In this document: positions 21,975 through 30,373 of the stretch, in pieces
How positions within the stretch are numbered: position 1 is the stretch's first letter
How the letters are laid out: each line of letters begins with the position of its first letter
Source: an uncultured Opitutales bacterium
Lineage (GTDB): Bacteria > Verrucomicrobiota > Verrucomicrobiia > Opitutales > CAZCJJ01
Assembly: GCA_964499045.1 (NCBI GenBank)
Contig: CAZCJJ010000004.1
Coordinates: 1 to 46,556 of the forward strand
DNA length: 46,556 bases
Direction of reading: 5' to 3'
Program-made: the position numbers and the translations under genes
The notes under the pieces: model-generated
Told to the model about the DNA's origin: nothing
Database searches by the model: none
Seen by the model: the letters and a program-made list of their open reading frames with translations, nothing else

Positions 21975-22661
21975 ATGGAGAAAACCCATTTCAGCAGCAG
22001 TGTAGGAGGGCAAACCCGGCTCGCTTATGATTATATCAGGGAGCGTATCCTATCCGGCATCTTTCTCCCCGGAACCCCCCTGACCGGACTGAGGCTGGCT
22101 CAGGACCTGAACAGCAGCCGCGCCCCCATTCAGGCCGCCCTCGCCCGGCTGGAGCTGGAGGGCCTTGTCAAATACACTCCGCACCTTGGAGCCGAGGTGC
22201 GCAGTATGAGCAGGGAGGAACTCATTGACTTGGGCTGGATGCGCTGCTCACTTGAGGAATTGGCTGCACGCCAGGCCGCCGAAAGACGAACCGATGAAGA
22301 TGTTGTCCTGATACGTCTCCGCCTGGAACAGATACAGGAGGCAACTGAAGAACTGGCGCGGAATCCCTCCAATAAGGAAATTCGCAAGAATGTGATACTC
22401 AAGGATGCCGCTTTCCACGAGCAAATCATCAAAGCCTCATACAACATCCCTCTTATTGAAACGCTTCAGCATTGTCACGTTGTTCAAAGAGTCATGCTAG
22501 GAGGCATGGACGAGAAAATGCTGCCCACCAAACGTATTCCACCCGGAGAGGTTTCCGTGCTACACGGCAGAATCTATGAGGCCATCCAGTTAAAACAACC
22601 AGACCTCGCTGGCAAAGCCATGCACGAGCATCTGGCTCGCAGCCTGAAGGTCATGGACTGA
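21975..22661 (+). CDS. GntR family transcriptional regulator (FadR/FCD-type C-terminal domain)
   Basis: Winged-HTH segment LRLAQDLNSSRAPIQAALARLELEGLV plus a helical C-terminal domain. Confidence 0.85.
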   Translation: MEKTHFSSSVGGQTRLAYDYIRERILSGIFLPGTPLTGLRLAQDLNSSRAPIQAALARLELEGLVKYTPHLGAEVRSMSREELIDLGWMRCSLEELAARQAAERRTDEDVVLIRLRLEQIQEATEELARNPSNKEIRKNVILKDAAFHEQIIKASYNIPLIETLQHCHVVQRVMLGGMDEKMLPTKRIPPGEVSVLHGRIYEAIQLKQPDLAGKAMHEHLARSLKVMD

Positions 22662-22671
22662 ACCTTGCATT

Positions 22672-23388
22672 ATGCCTACCCCAAAAAACAGGAAATCCGA
22701 TTTCCACCAATCCATCGGTAAGCATTGCATTATCGAACCGGACACCCGGGTCGGACACCGCTATCGAGAGTCATCCGAACCCACTGTGATCGGAGATCAT
22801 TCAATCGTACGGAGCGGAACGATTATATACACGGATGTCAGAATTGGGCATTACTTCCAGTCCGGGCACAATGCCATTATCCGGTCATGGGTTATAGCCG
22901 GGGACTATTTTGCCCTCGGCAATGGCTCGGTATTGGAGGGCATGATAGAAATCGGGACTGGCGTACGCTTGATGAGTCAAGTTTATGTCTGTTCACGCAC
23001 CCGTTTCGGCAATGATGTTTTCGTGGGACCCGGATGCACATTTCTCAACGAAAAACTGCCCGGACGCCAAGATCCTCCTCCTGTTCCCATTGGGGCCTCA
23101 ATAGAAGACAACGTCATGATAGGCGGCGGTTGCACCATTCTACCCGGTGTCCGGGTCGGAGCAGGCAGTTTTATCGCCGCTGGCAGTGTCATCACCAAGG
23201 ATATTCCCCCGGAATCACTGGTTGTGGGCAATCCCGGAGAGATCCGTCCTCTTCCCGATAAACTGCGATGCCCCAACAACCATAAGCTCACCCGTGCTCC
23301 CCTCGACTTATGGCATCCTCATTCCGACTTAAACACTCTCCAATGGCCCGGCAATGAGACCTTTCTTAGCAACTTTATAAACTCGTAG
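22672..23388 (+). CDS. Hexapeptide-repeat (left-handed beta-helix) acyl/acetyltransferase
   Basis: Repeated [LIV]-G-x4 hexapeptides, e.g. IGGGCTILPGVRVGAGSFIAAGSVI. Confidence 0.75.
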   Translation: MPTPKNRKSDFHQSIGKHCIIEPDTRVGHRYRESSEPTVIGDHSIVRSGTIIYTDVRIGHYFQSGHNAIIRSWVIAGDYFALGNGSVLEGMIEIGTGVRLMSQVYVCSRTRFGNDVFVGPGCTFLNEKLPGRQDPPPVPIGASIEDNVMIGGGCTILPGVRVGAGSFIAAGSVITKDIPPESLVVGNPGEIRPLPDKLRCPNNHKLTRAPLDLWHPHSDLNTLQWPGNETFLSNFINS

Positions 23389-23428
23389 ATTATTAACCCA
23401 GCTCACTCTCAACCACCACCAAACCACC

Positions 23429-24889
23429 ATGCTCGAAGTAGCCGCACATACTTTCATCGTAAAACCAAAACCCGGAAGTGAAGGAAGGACGATTCTCGGG
23501 GGCAAAGCCTCCTACATTTTCACTCCCCTGCAATCGAGTATCTTCCTGCTACGCCAGGACGGTAAATTACTCGTTCTCCTCACCTCTCATTTTATGACGC
23601 ACCACTACCGCTTCAGCAATTTGTGGCGCAAAGCGGTTGCTGATGCCCTCGAAATTCCCTTTGACCAGACTTTTACCTTTTCATCCCACAATCATTGCGT
23701 TGTGAAGGTCGTGGAGTCGCAATACAGCTGGGGCTCCCATGAGGTGGATCATTTCATCCCTGAGTCAGAATTAACATGGGAAGGACACGAAATCATTCGC
23801 AAGACCATAAAAGTGCTCCCACGCCTCCAACAAAATATGCAACCGGCCTCCATTCGTTGGGCCGTAGGGCATGAGAGGCGGATATCCCATAACCGCAAAG
23901 GACGTCGGGCCGATGGCTCCACTTATTTAATGCGTGAAGAGGATCGTCTAACTCTGGGGAAGGATTTTAACGGCGATATTGATGACGACGCCCCCATCGT
24001 CGGCTTTTATAACCGAAAGAATGAGCCCATTGCCTTTCTCACGCATTTCACAGCACACCCGGTAACCGCCTACCACTGCGATCATCCCGTAGTGCATGGC
24101 GAATTTCCTCAGGCTGCCTGTAACATCGTATCAAGGCGGTTTCAACGGGTACCCGTCGGCTTCCTTCAGGGCTGCGCTGGAGACACAAATTCCAAGGGGC
24201 TTCTCGCCCATGATACACCGCAAAACAATGCCAAAAGAGCGACACGTTACGGCCACATGCTGGGGCAGACTTATGTTGAAGGCCTGAAAGGGCTTAAGAA
24301 GTCCAAAACAGATACCCTGGCCTTTGACTGGAAAACGGTTCACCTTCCCTTCACAAAACTACCTGAAAAAGAGTGGCTGAAATCACACTTGGCTGAAATC
24401 AAGCGCTTCGAGAAAGACTGCAAAGCAGGAAAGGATGAAGCCACCCGCCGGTGTGTCGGACTGAATTTCCCCAGCAACATGACGGTTCCATACCGCGCCG
24501 CCTTAATCAAACCACTTAAGGCATGGAATGAATGGCTGCTAGCTCACCATGACAATAAGGCAGACAATCAGCCACATCCATCTTTGCCCCTGCACATCGC
24601 CGCCCTCCGAATAGGTGATGTCGGCATTATCGGTATGCCCTGCGAACCGCTTCTCGGCATAGGACGTCAGATAAAGGCCAATGCGCCCCTCCCCCTCGTT
24701 TTACCAACAGGCTATTTCAACGATACATGCATGGGCTATATTCCCGACAGTCCGAACTGCCGGGACCTTGACTATGTAAGCTCCTTCTATCGATACACCA
24801 ATAGCCTTCTCCCCTTGGCCACACCCGCTGGTGATCTACTGGCACAAGAAGGCGTCTCGCTACTCAAGAAGCTTTGTTCACGCAATTAA
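23429..24889 (+). CDS. Hypothetical hydrolase, possibly neutral/alkaline ceramidase-like fold
   Basis: Weak motif resemblance only: SSHNHC, THFTAHPV, LRIGDVGIIGMPCEP. Confidence 0.4.
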   Translation: MLEVAAHTFIVKPKPGSEGRTILGGKASYIFTPLQSSIFLLRQDGKLLVLLTSHFMTHHYRFSNLWRKAVADALEIPFDQTFTFSSHNHCVVKVVESQYSWGSHEVDHFIPESELTWEGHEIIRKTIKVLPRLQQNMQPASIRWAVGHERRISHNRKGRRADGSTYLMREEDRLTLGKDFNGDIDDDAPIVGFYNRKNEPIAFLTHFTAHPVTAYHCDHPVVHGEFPQAACNIVSRRFQRVPVGFLQGCAGDTNSKGLLAHDTPQNNAKRATRYGHMLGQTYVEGLKGLKKSKTDTLAFDWKTVHLPFTKLPEKEWLKSHLAEIKRFEKDCKAGKDEATRRCVGLNFPSNMTVPYRAALIKPLKAWNEWLLAHHDNKADNQPHPSLPLHIAALRIGDVGIIGMPCEPLLGIGRQIKANAPLPLVLPTGYFNDTCMGYIPDSPNCRDLDYVSSFYRYTNSLLPLATPAGDLLAQEGVSLLKKLCSRN

Positions 24890-24916
24890 TCACGCCCATC
24901 CAATTTGCACTTCAGT

Positions 24917-25693
24917 ATGTTTGATTTAAAAGGAAAAGTAATCTGGATCGTAGGAGCCTCAGGATATTTAGGTGAGGCAGTCTGCCGTCATTTTGCCAAG
25001 ATGGAAGCAAGCCTCGTCCTGAGCGACATGAATGAAGCCCGCCTGCAAGAACTGACTGACGGCTTAAGGAACGAGGGCCATCAAGCTATTTCCTATCCAC
25101 TTCACATCGGTGACGAACAGGCCGTCATACGCTGCGGGGAATCCATCATGGAAAGCCAAGGCAAGCTGGATGTCATGATCAACCTCGCTTGCTTTTCAAC
25201 GGGCAAACCTATGGAAACCATGACTGCCAATGATTTCAACAAAGGGGTACAGATCAATCTGACCGGTGCTTTTCTAATAGGCCGGGAGGCTGCCCGTCAC
25301 ATGAAACCTGCCGGGAGTGGCAGCATTATACAATTCTCTAGCATGTACGGCATAGTCAGCCCCGACCCCGGCCTTTATCCCCCAACTCAGCCGATCAATC
25401 CCATTGATTACGGTACTTCCAAAGCCGGAGTTCTCCAACTCGTTCGCTATCAGGCCATGCAACTGGCCCCCTACAATGTCAGGGTGAATGCCATTGTACC
25501 CGGAACATTCCCGAATCCAACCACTGCCGGTAAAGATAAAGCATTCATAGACAACCTGACCCGCAGGGTTCCCATGAAACGCGTGGGCACCCCTAAGGAC
25601 ATCCTTGGCCCAGTAACCTTCCTCGCATCCGAGGCCTCACGCTACATGACCGGAACCTCCCTCATCGTCGACGGCGGCTGGACGATTTCATAA
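24917..25693 (+). CDS. SDR family oxidoreductase
   Basis: GASGYLG and YGTSK (YxxxK) motifs. Start trimmed from TTG 24905 to ATG 24917. Confidence 0.85.
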   Translation: MFDLKGKVIWIVGASGYLGEAVCRHFAKMEASLVLSDMNEARLQELTDGLRNEGHQAISYPLHIGDEQAVIRCGESIMESQGKLDVMINLACFSTGKPMETMTANDFNKGVQINLTGAFLIGREAARHMKPAGSGSIIQFSSMYGIVSPDPGLYPPTQPINPIDYGTSKAGVLQLVRYQAMQLAPYNVRVNAIVPGTFPNPTTAGKDKAFIDNLTRRVPMKRVGTPKDILGPVTFLASEASRYMTGTSLIVDGGWTIS

Positions 25694-25741
25694 GCGAGAA
25701 GAAAAGATCAAGGAACAAGCCAAGCTAACATAAAAAAATGG

Positions 25742-25991
25742 TCTAGCCTGGAATATTCACGAAGCCCAGAAGTGATGAAGCGCAAGGCGCAACCCGAATC
25801 CGCGCGGAAGTGCACTCAAGTGCATGACCAAGCGGATTGTAGGGGTGCAACGCAGCGATTCGCGCTTGTGGGCGAGAGGATTGTGCGAAATTGGACGGTA
25901 AATAAAGTTTCATTACGACTTAATCCATAAATAGCTTATAAGAAATAACTTAAACCCCTTTCGCACAATCCGGTGAATTTTTCAGGCTAGA
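25742..25991 (+). mobile_element. 250-bp composite palindromic element (MITE-like or structured RNA) with 19-bp terminal inverted repeats and a nested GC-rich insert
   Basis: TCTAGCCTGGAATATTCAC(25742-25760) pairs with GTGAATTTTTCAGGCTAGA(25973-25991). An inner pair is GGATTGTGCGAAA(25878-25890) with TTTCGCACAATCC(25959-25971). A second partial copy is at 1-61. Confidence 0.55.
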
Positions 25992-26014
25992 GTACGGAGT
26001 CCCCTCAGATTCGA

Positions 26015-27853
26015 TTATTCCGGCTCCTTACCAAGGGCCTTGAGCTGCTTCATGTCACCCCATTGAAGAATGCCAGGCAGAACATACAGGAACGAGCCTT
26101 CCAGTGGACTGACCATTGACTCAAAATCGTTGGGCAGATCCGGTGCCGTCAGTTGAAATCCGGTATTGCCCAATATTTTGGCGAACAGAGCAGCCATCCC
26201 GGTTTCACCGATTGCATGGACTTCGATTTGATGGATCCCTGTGGTCGCAACTGCATCCGCAACCTGGGCAATGATTTCGGCCCATTCAGCAAGCAAAGTA
26301 TAGCCCAGCCACAAGCAGGCTCGAGTCGTATCATGGAAGGGCCTTCCCGCCAGCAACTCTGTTTCCCAACACAATTCACCGGTTCCAGGAAAATCCAGTG
26401 CAAGTACACAGCAACCATCAGCCAAGCCTTGCTGCCAGAGCATTTTTACCGGTTCACTGCATTTTCCATCTGGCGCAACCAATATACGTACACAATCAGC
26501 AGTCATCGGAGCTGCGGTATCGAGAGGAATCAAAGTTCCCCGCCAGGAACGCAGGGCAGTCTGCTGAAATTGTCCCGGGCGAAATAAAATACCGTCTACC
26601 CCCGAATCCGTGCTGTTGTTTTGACTGCCTGATCTCCAGCCGATAATTTCAGCCAATCGCTGGACATCTCCAGCACAGGACGATTCTTGTTTCAGCTCAC
26701 TCAGTGCCTTACGTGAACGGGAATAACAACATGAGTCCGGCCTGGCTGTCCCTTCAGGAAAGCATAACAACTGTTCTTCGGGAAGCGCCGTCCATTGAGG
26801 GAGGCTAACAGGCCGGCCATCGCCTTCATTCTGCAGCCAGTGTTGCATCCAACCAAGCATGGCCTCCGCCATTTCAGGCCAATATCCATGTGGCAAGTTG
26901 ATCGCACGGTAATCGATACAATCCCCCTTGCCATAGAGGCGGAAAATCTCCCGTGCGCTACGCCAGGTATCAATCATGGTCGGAACGGCGAAAGCGGGCT
27001 GATCCTGCAAAGAATTCAGAATCAGTGTGGGACGAGGTGCGACCAGTCCGAACAACTGCCATTCCTCGGCTGTGAGTAATCCTCCGGGAAGCGTTTCACA
27101 AAAACAATTTCGCCTGGTTACATAGGCCGCAAACGAGCCCACTGATACCACGGGAACAGCGACTTTCACCCGATCATCCATGGCAGCCAACCACATGGTC
27201 TGATTGCCTCCCCCGGAGGCACCGGTCACACCCATTCGCGAAGGGTCGACATTGCTCAGCGAACACAGAAAATCAATGGCAGATTCATTATCGAACACTT
27301 GCCATCCAAGCAACGAATAGCCGCTGGCTATCGGACTCGCCCCTGCAAGGCTCCCGTGATAATCCCATTCTCCTTTAATCTCTCCCCGCTCTCCGGCCCC
27401 TGGAGCATCGGTAATCAAGACAACAAAACCGCACTGGGCAAGGATGTGCCCCCTGGCCTGTACATTATAGGCGACCTTCCCCTGACTGAAATGCCCGTGT
27501 GGGCTCAGCACTGCAGGGAAGGGGCCATTGCCATCAGGGATATAAAGATTGCCGGTGATGCGTACTCCGGGCATGGATTCAAAACTTACTTTGCGGACAC
27601 AGTAACCGTCGCACTTTATCCGTCCGTGTTCCATGACCTCCAGATCTCCCCTGGGAAGATCCGCGATACCCATCTGTCGCCTCAACTTCAGCCGCAACCC
27701 GACTGCTAGCTGCCTCCAGTCCTCCAGGATACCCGGCGGCAGGTAGCGGCCACTCAGTTCCGCAGCTTCCAGCCGCAGACGTTCAGAATAATAAGCACCC
27801 CGGCCCGATGGCCATGTTCTGCGCGGCGAATTCATCGTAATGCAATCAGACAT
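26015..27853 (-). CDS. Alpha/beta hydrolase (acetyl-xylan-esterase / dienelactone-hydrolase-like) with a second, degenerate hydrolase-like C-terminal domain
   Basis: Nucleophile elbow GASGG within MGVTGASGGGNQT. The C-terminal half has GETGMA at the equivalent position. Start set to ATG 27853. Confidence 0.7.
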   Translation of the reverse strand: MSDCITMNSPRRTWPSGRGAYYSERLRLEAAELSGRYLPPGILEDWRQLAVGLRLKLRRQMGIADLPRGDLEVMEHGRIKCDGYCVRKVSFESMPGVRITGNLYIPDGNGPFPAVLSPHGHFSQGKVAYNVQARGHILAQCGFVVLITDAPGAGERGEIKGEWDYHGSLAGASPIASGYSLLGWQVFDNESAIDFLCSLSNVDPSRMGVTGASGGGNQTMWLAAMDDRVKVAVPVVSVGSFAAYVTRRNCFCETLPGGLLTAEEWQLFGLVAPRPTLILNSLQDQPAFAVPTMIDTWRSAREIFRLYGKGDCIDYRAINLPHGYWPEMAEAMLGWMQHWLQNEGDGRPVSLPQWTALPEEQLLCFPEGTARPDSCCYSRSRKALSELKQESSCAGDVQRLAEIIGWRSGSQNNSTDSGVDGILFRPGQFQQTALRSWRGTLIPLDTAAPMTADCVRILVAPDGKCSEPVKMLWQQGLADGCCVLALDFPGTGELCWETELLAGRPFHDTTRACLWLGYTLLAEWAEIIAQVADAVATTGIHQIEVHAIGETGMAALFAKILGNTGFQLTAPDLPNDFESMVSPLEGSFLYVLPGILQWGDMKQLKALGKEPE

Positions 27854-27912
27854 AGAGGATAGCAAGAGGTGCTTCCGCCGCAACCCAATGGTGTTGATGG
27901 TGCTATAGCGAA

Positions 27913-29052
27913 TCAGGACCTTCTTCTGCTTCTGAGAAAGGCAAACAAACCTACCGCCACTCCAAAAATCAAGGCAAATGTTCCCGGCTCGGGAATCAGC
28001 ACACCATGAACCAATGTTTTGTTTGTACCAGCGACCCAGAATTCGCCATCAATACCGATTATCGCCGAAATGTTTCCCGTGGATTCGATATCAATCGCTT
28101 GCCAGTTTTCACCATCGAAATAGAAGAATTCACCACTACTTCCCCCCATCCAAACTTGGTTCTCGTTCAGTGCAAAAATAGAGCGTACTGTGGATAGTCC
28201 CACCGGTTGATTTTCGTAGGCCTGTACCGTACCTGATCCGTCCCAAAAACCAGTTTGACCACGTGTCTCAGTGCTCAACCCACCTCCAAAAAGCAGGTAG
28301 TCCTCATTCATCACATACATTGCCCTTACATTGACCTCTGTGTTTGCGTCACTGACCGGGCGTTCCGTAGACCATTCCCCCTCTACTGAATCATAGCTGA
28401 ACCTGCGAAAACCATGCGTTACACTGGCCACAGTCGCATAGACACTATTCAGGTTCGTTCCACCAAGCGCTATGATATCCGTCCCCCCCGTAAAACCGGT
28501 GGCGAAAGACCCTGTGTACTCGTAACCTCCGTTACCATCCGGCGCCAGTGTGTAAATCGTCCCATACTGCCGTCCGGTCAGAACCGTGTTGGTGGCAGGA
28601 TCTATCCATATGGCTCTAAGATTAGTGGTTCCTATCCCCAAATCCACGCCATTCCACTGCGAGCCGTTGTGGTAGGCATATGCACCATTGTTACCGACCA
28701 CATGCAGATAGCCGTTGGAATCAAAAGCCATCCCGTCGATCTGTGTCCCGGTCCAGTCCGCGGTGTCCTTAAATGTAAGCCAACCGGCATCCGTCGACTA
28801 GGCGTTGCCATCGTAACGCAATAAAGTGTTTCCGGAACCTCCCACCGCGACATTGGATGAACTTTGAGCCGCAGCTGCGTAAAAAAAAGGGTTACCGCCA
28901 ATAGGCAGGTCTGCCTGGGACCACACCACATTATCGGCCGAGGGTTCCTGGGCCATCGTCACAACTGTGGTCGAAATAAACATGGCTCCAATACAAAATA
29001 CGGGAGCAAGGGTCTGTAGACGGGGTAATAGTTTATCAAGAATGTGTTTCAT
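27913..29052 (-). pseudogene. PEP-CTERM-anchored beta-propeller-like secreted protein interrupted by one in-frame TAG (28798-28800)
   Basis: ORFs 28798..29052 (signal peptide) and 27913..28731 (ending PEPGTFALIFGVAVGLFAFLRSRRRS) are in the same frame. The translation reads ...LLRYDGNA-TAG-STDAGWLTFKD.... Confidence 0.7.
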
Positions 29053-29244
29053 AATTTTGGTGTTTTTCTGTGTTTATTTGAGGTGTCAGCCACCCAAGTT
29101 CTCCTTGAATGCCTATGTTGGGCAGTGACGAGTAAAAACAATTATTCTTTTATCGTTGAATTCCTCCCACTGCAAATGATTTTCAATGAATACTGATAAA
29201 TAGATCTTGTACTCCGATCGATACAGAGGAGGAATAACAATTCC

Positions 29245-30255
29245 ATGAGGATTACACAGAGAGATTTGGCAAAGAAACTGGGAATCAGTCAGGTTACCGT
29301 TTCCCGGGCACTCGCAGGCAGTCCTCTTGTGGCTGACGAGACGAAACTGAAAATCTGCCGTGAAGCTGATAAGCTTGGTTACGTACCCGATCCGGTACTC
29401 GGAAGCCTGAATGCCTATCGCAGGACGCGCATGCCCATTGGGAAAGGACAAACTCTGGCTTGGATTTCGGATCAACAAGTTGTCTCCCACCTCCATTACA
29501 AAGGAGCAGCACAGCGAGCGCAGGCACTGGGCTTTCGCCTGGAGGCTCATATTGAAAGCCGTGATATGCCCCTAACACGAATCCTTACAGTCCTGAGTAG
29601 CCGTGGAATCAGCGGCCTTATATTCGGACCCCGACGGACGGCCCACGCCCACCTTGATCTTAATCTGAGTCGTTTTTCAGCCATTGCTTTTGGCTATTCA
29701 ATTGAAAGGCCTGAACTAAATCGTGTGATCACCGACCATCACAAAAACATGATGATAGCCTACCAGAAAATGATCGAACATGGTTGCAAGCGGATTGGCT
29801 TGATTCTGAATAGAGACAGTGATGTTCGAATAGAGGGCAGGCGTTATGGTGCCTACCACTATATGCTTTGGGAGAATAAGCACCTGGCAAAAATTCCCAT
29901 GCTTAGTCATTCCAACAAAAACGAACTTAAGCCGACTTTGCTGAAGAAATGGATTGAGCGTTGGAAACCCGACGGCATTCTGTGTTACCAGCCGGCGATA
30001 TGGGGATTATGTAAAGACATCGGGTTGCGTGTACCTGAAGACATCAATTTGGTTGCTGTATCCATGAATGGACGCTGGCCGGAGTTTACCCGCTGGGCAG
30101 GGGTTGATGAGCGACTGTGGGAGACCGGTGCATTGGCAGTGGAGGCTCTAGTCAGCCAACTGCATAACAACGAACGAGGCATTCCCAATCGGCAGAAGGT
30201 CTATTTGCTGAAGGGTTGTTGGCAAGACGGACACACCTTACGGCTTCGAAACTGA
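29245..30255 (+). CDS. LacI family transcriptional regulator
   Basis: N-terminal HTH ITQRDLAKKLGISQVTVSRALAG plus a periplasmic-binding-protein-like domain. Confidence 0.85.
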   Translation: MRITQRDLAKKLGISQVTVSRALAGSPLVADETKLKICREADKLGYVPDPVLGSLNAYRRTRMPIGKGQTLAWISDQQVVSHLHYKGAAQRAQALGFRLEAHIESRDMPLTRILTVLSSRGISGLIFGPRRTAHAHLDLNLSRFSAIAFGYSIERPELNRVITDHHKNMMIAYQKMIEHGCKRIGLILNRDSDVRIEGRRYGAYHYMLWENKHLAKIPMLSHSNKNELKPTLLKKWIERWKPDGILCYQPAIWGLCKDIGLRVPEDINLVAVSMNGRWPEFTRWAGVDERLWETGALAVEALVSQLHNNERGIPNRQKVYLLKGCWQDGHTLRLRN

Positions 30256-30373
30256 AGGCGGAATAGAGGATTTCATCCGGACTATTGTTCAAAAGCGGAC
30301 TGATATAAAATGCCCTCATCCAGCAAGCAACCGTAAGCAAGCCCTGGGGCGGGACCAGTCGCATGTTCACTCT

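Noticed and set aside
25775-25930. 51-aa ORF (MKRKAQPESARKCTQVHDQ...) inside the composite palindromic element.
   Set aside because: It spans the GC-rich hairpin insert and the AT-rich loop, has no RBS and no recognisable domain. The reading frame is most likely a by-product of the structured repeat.
28798-28800. In-frame TAG as evidence of stop-codon reassignment or pyrrolysine.
   Set aside because: TAG terminates other well-defined genes in the window (for example 21968-21970, immediately before the next gene start, and 23386-23388). A nonsense mutation or a sequencing error is more parsimonious.
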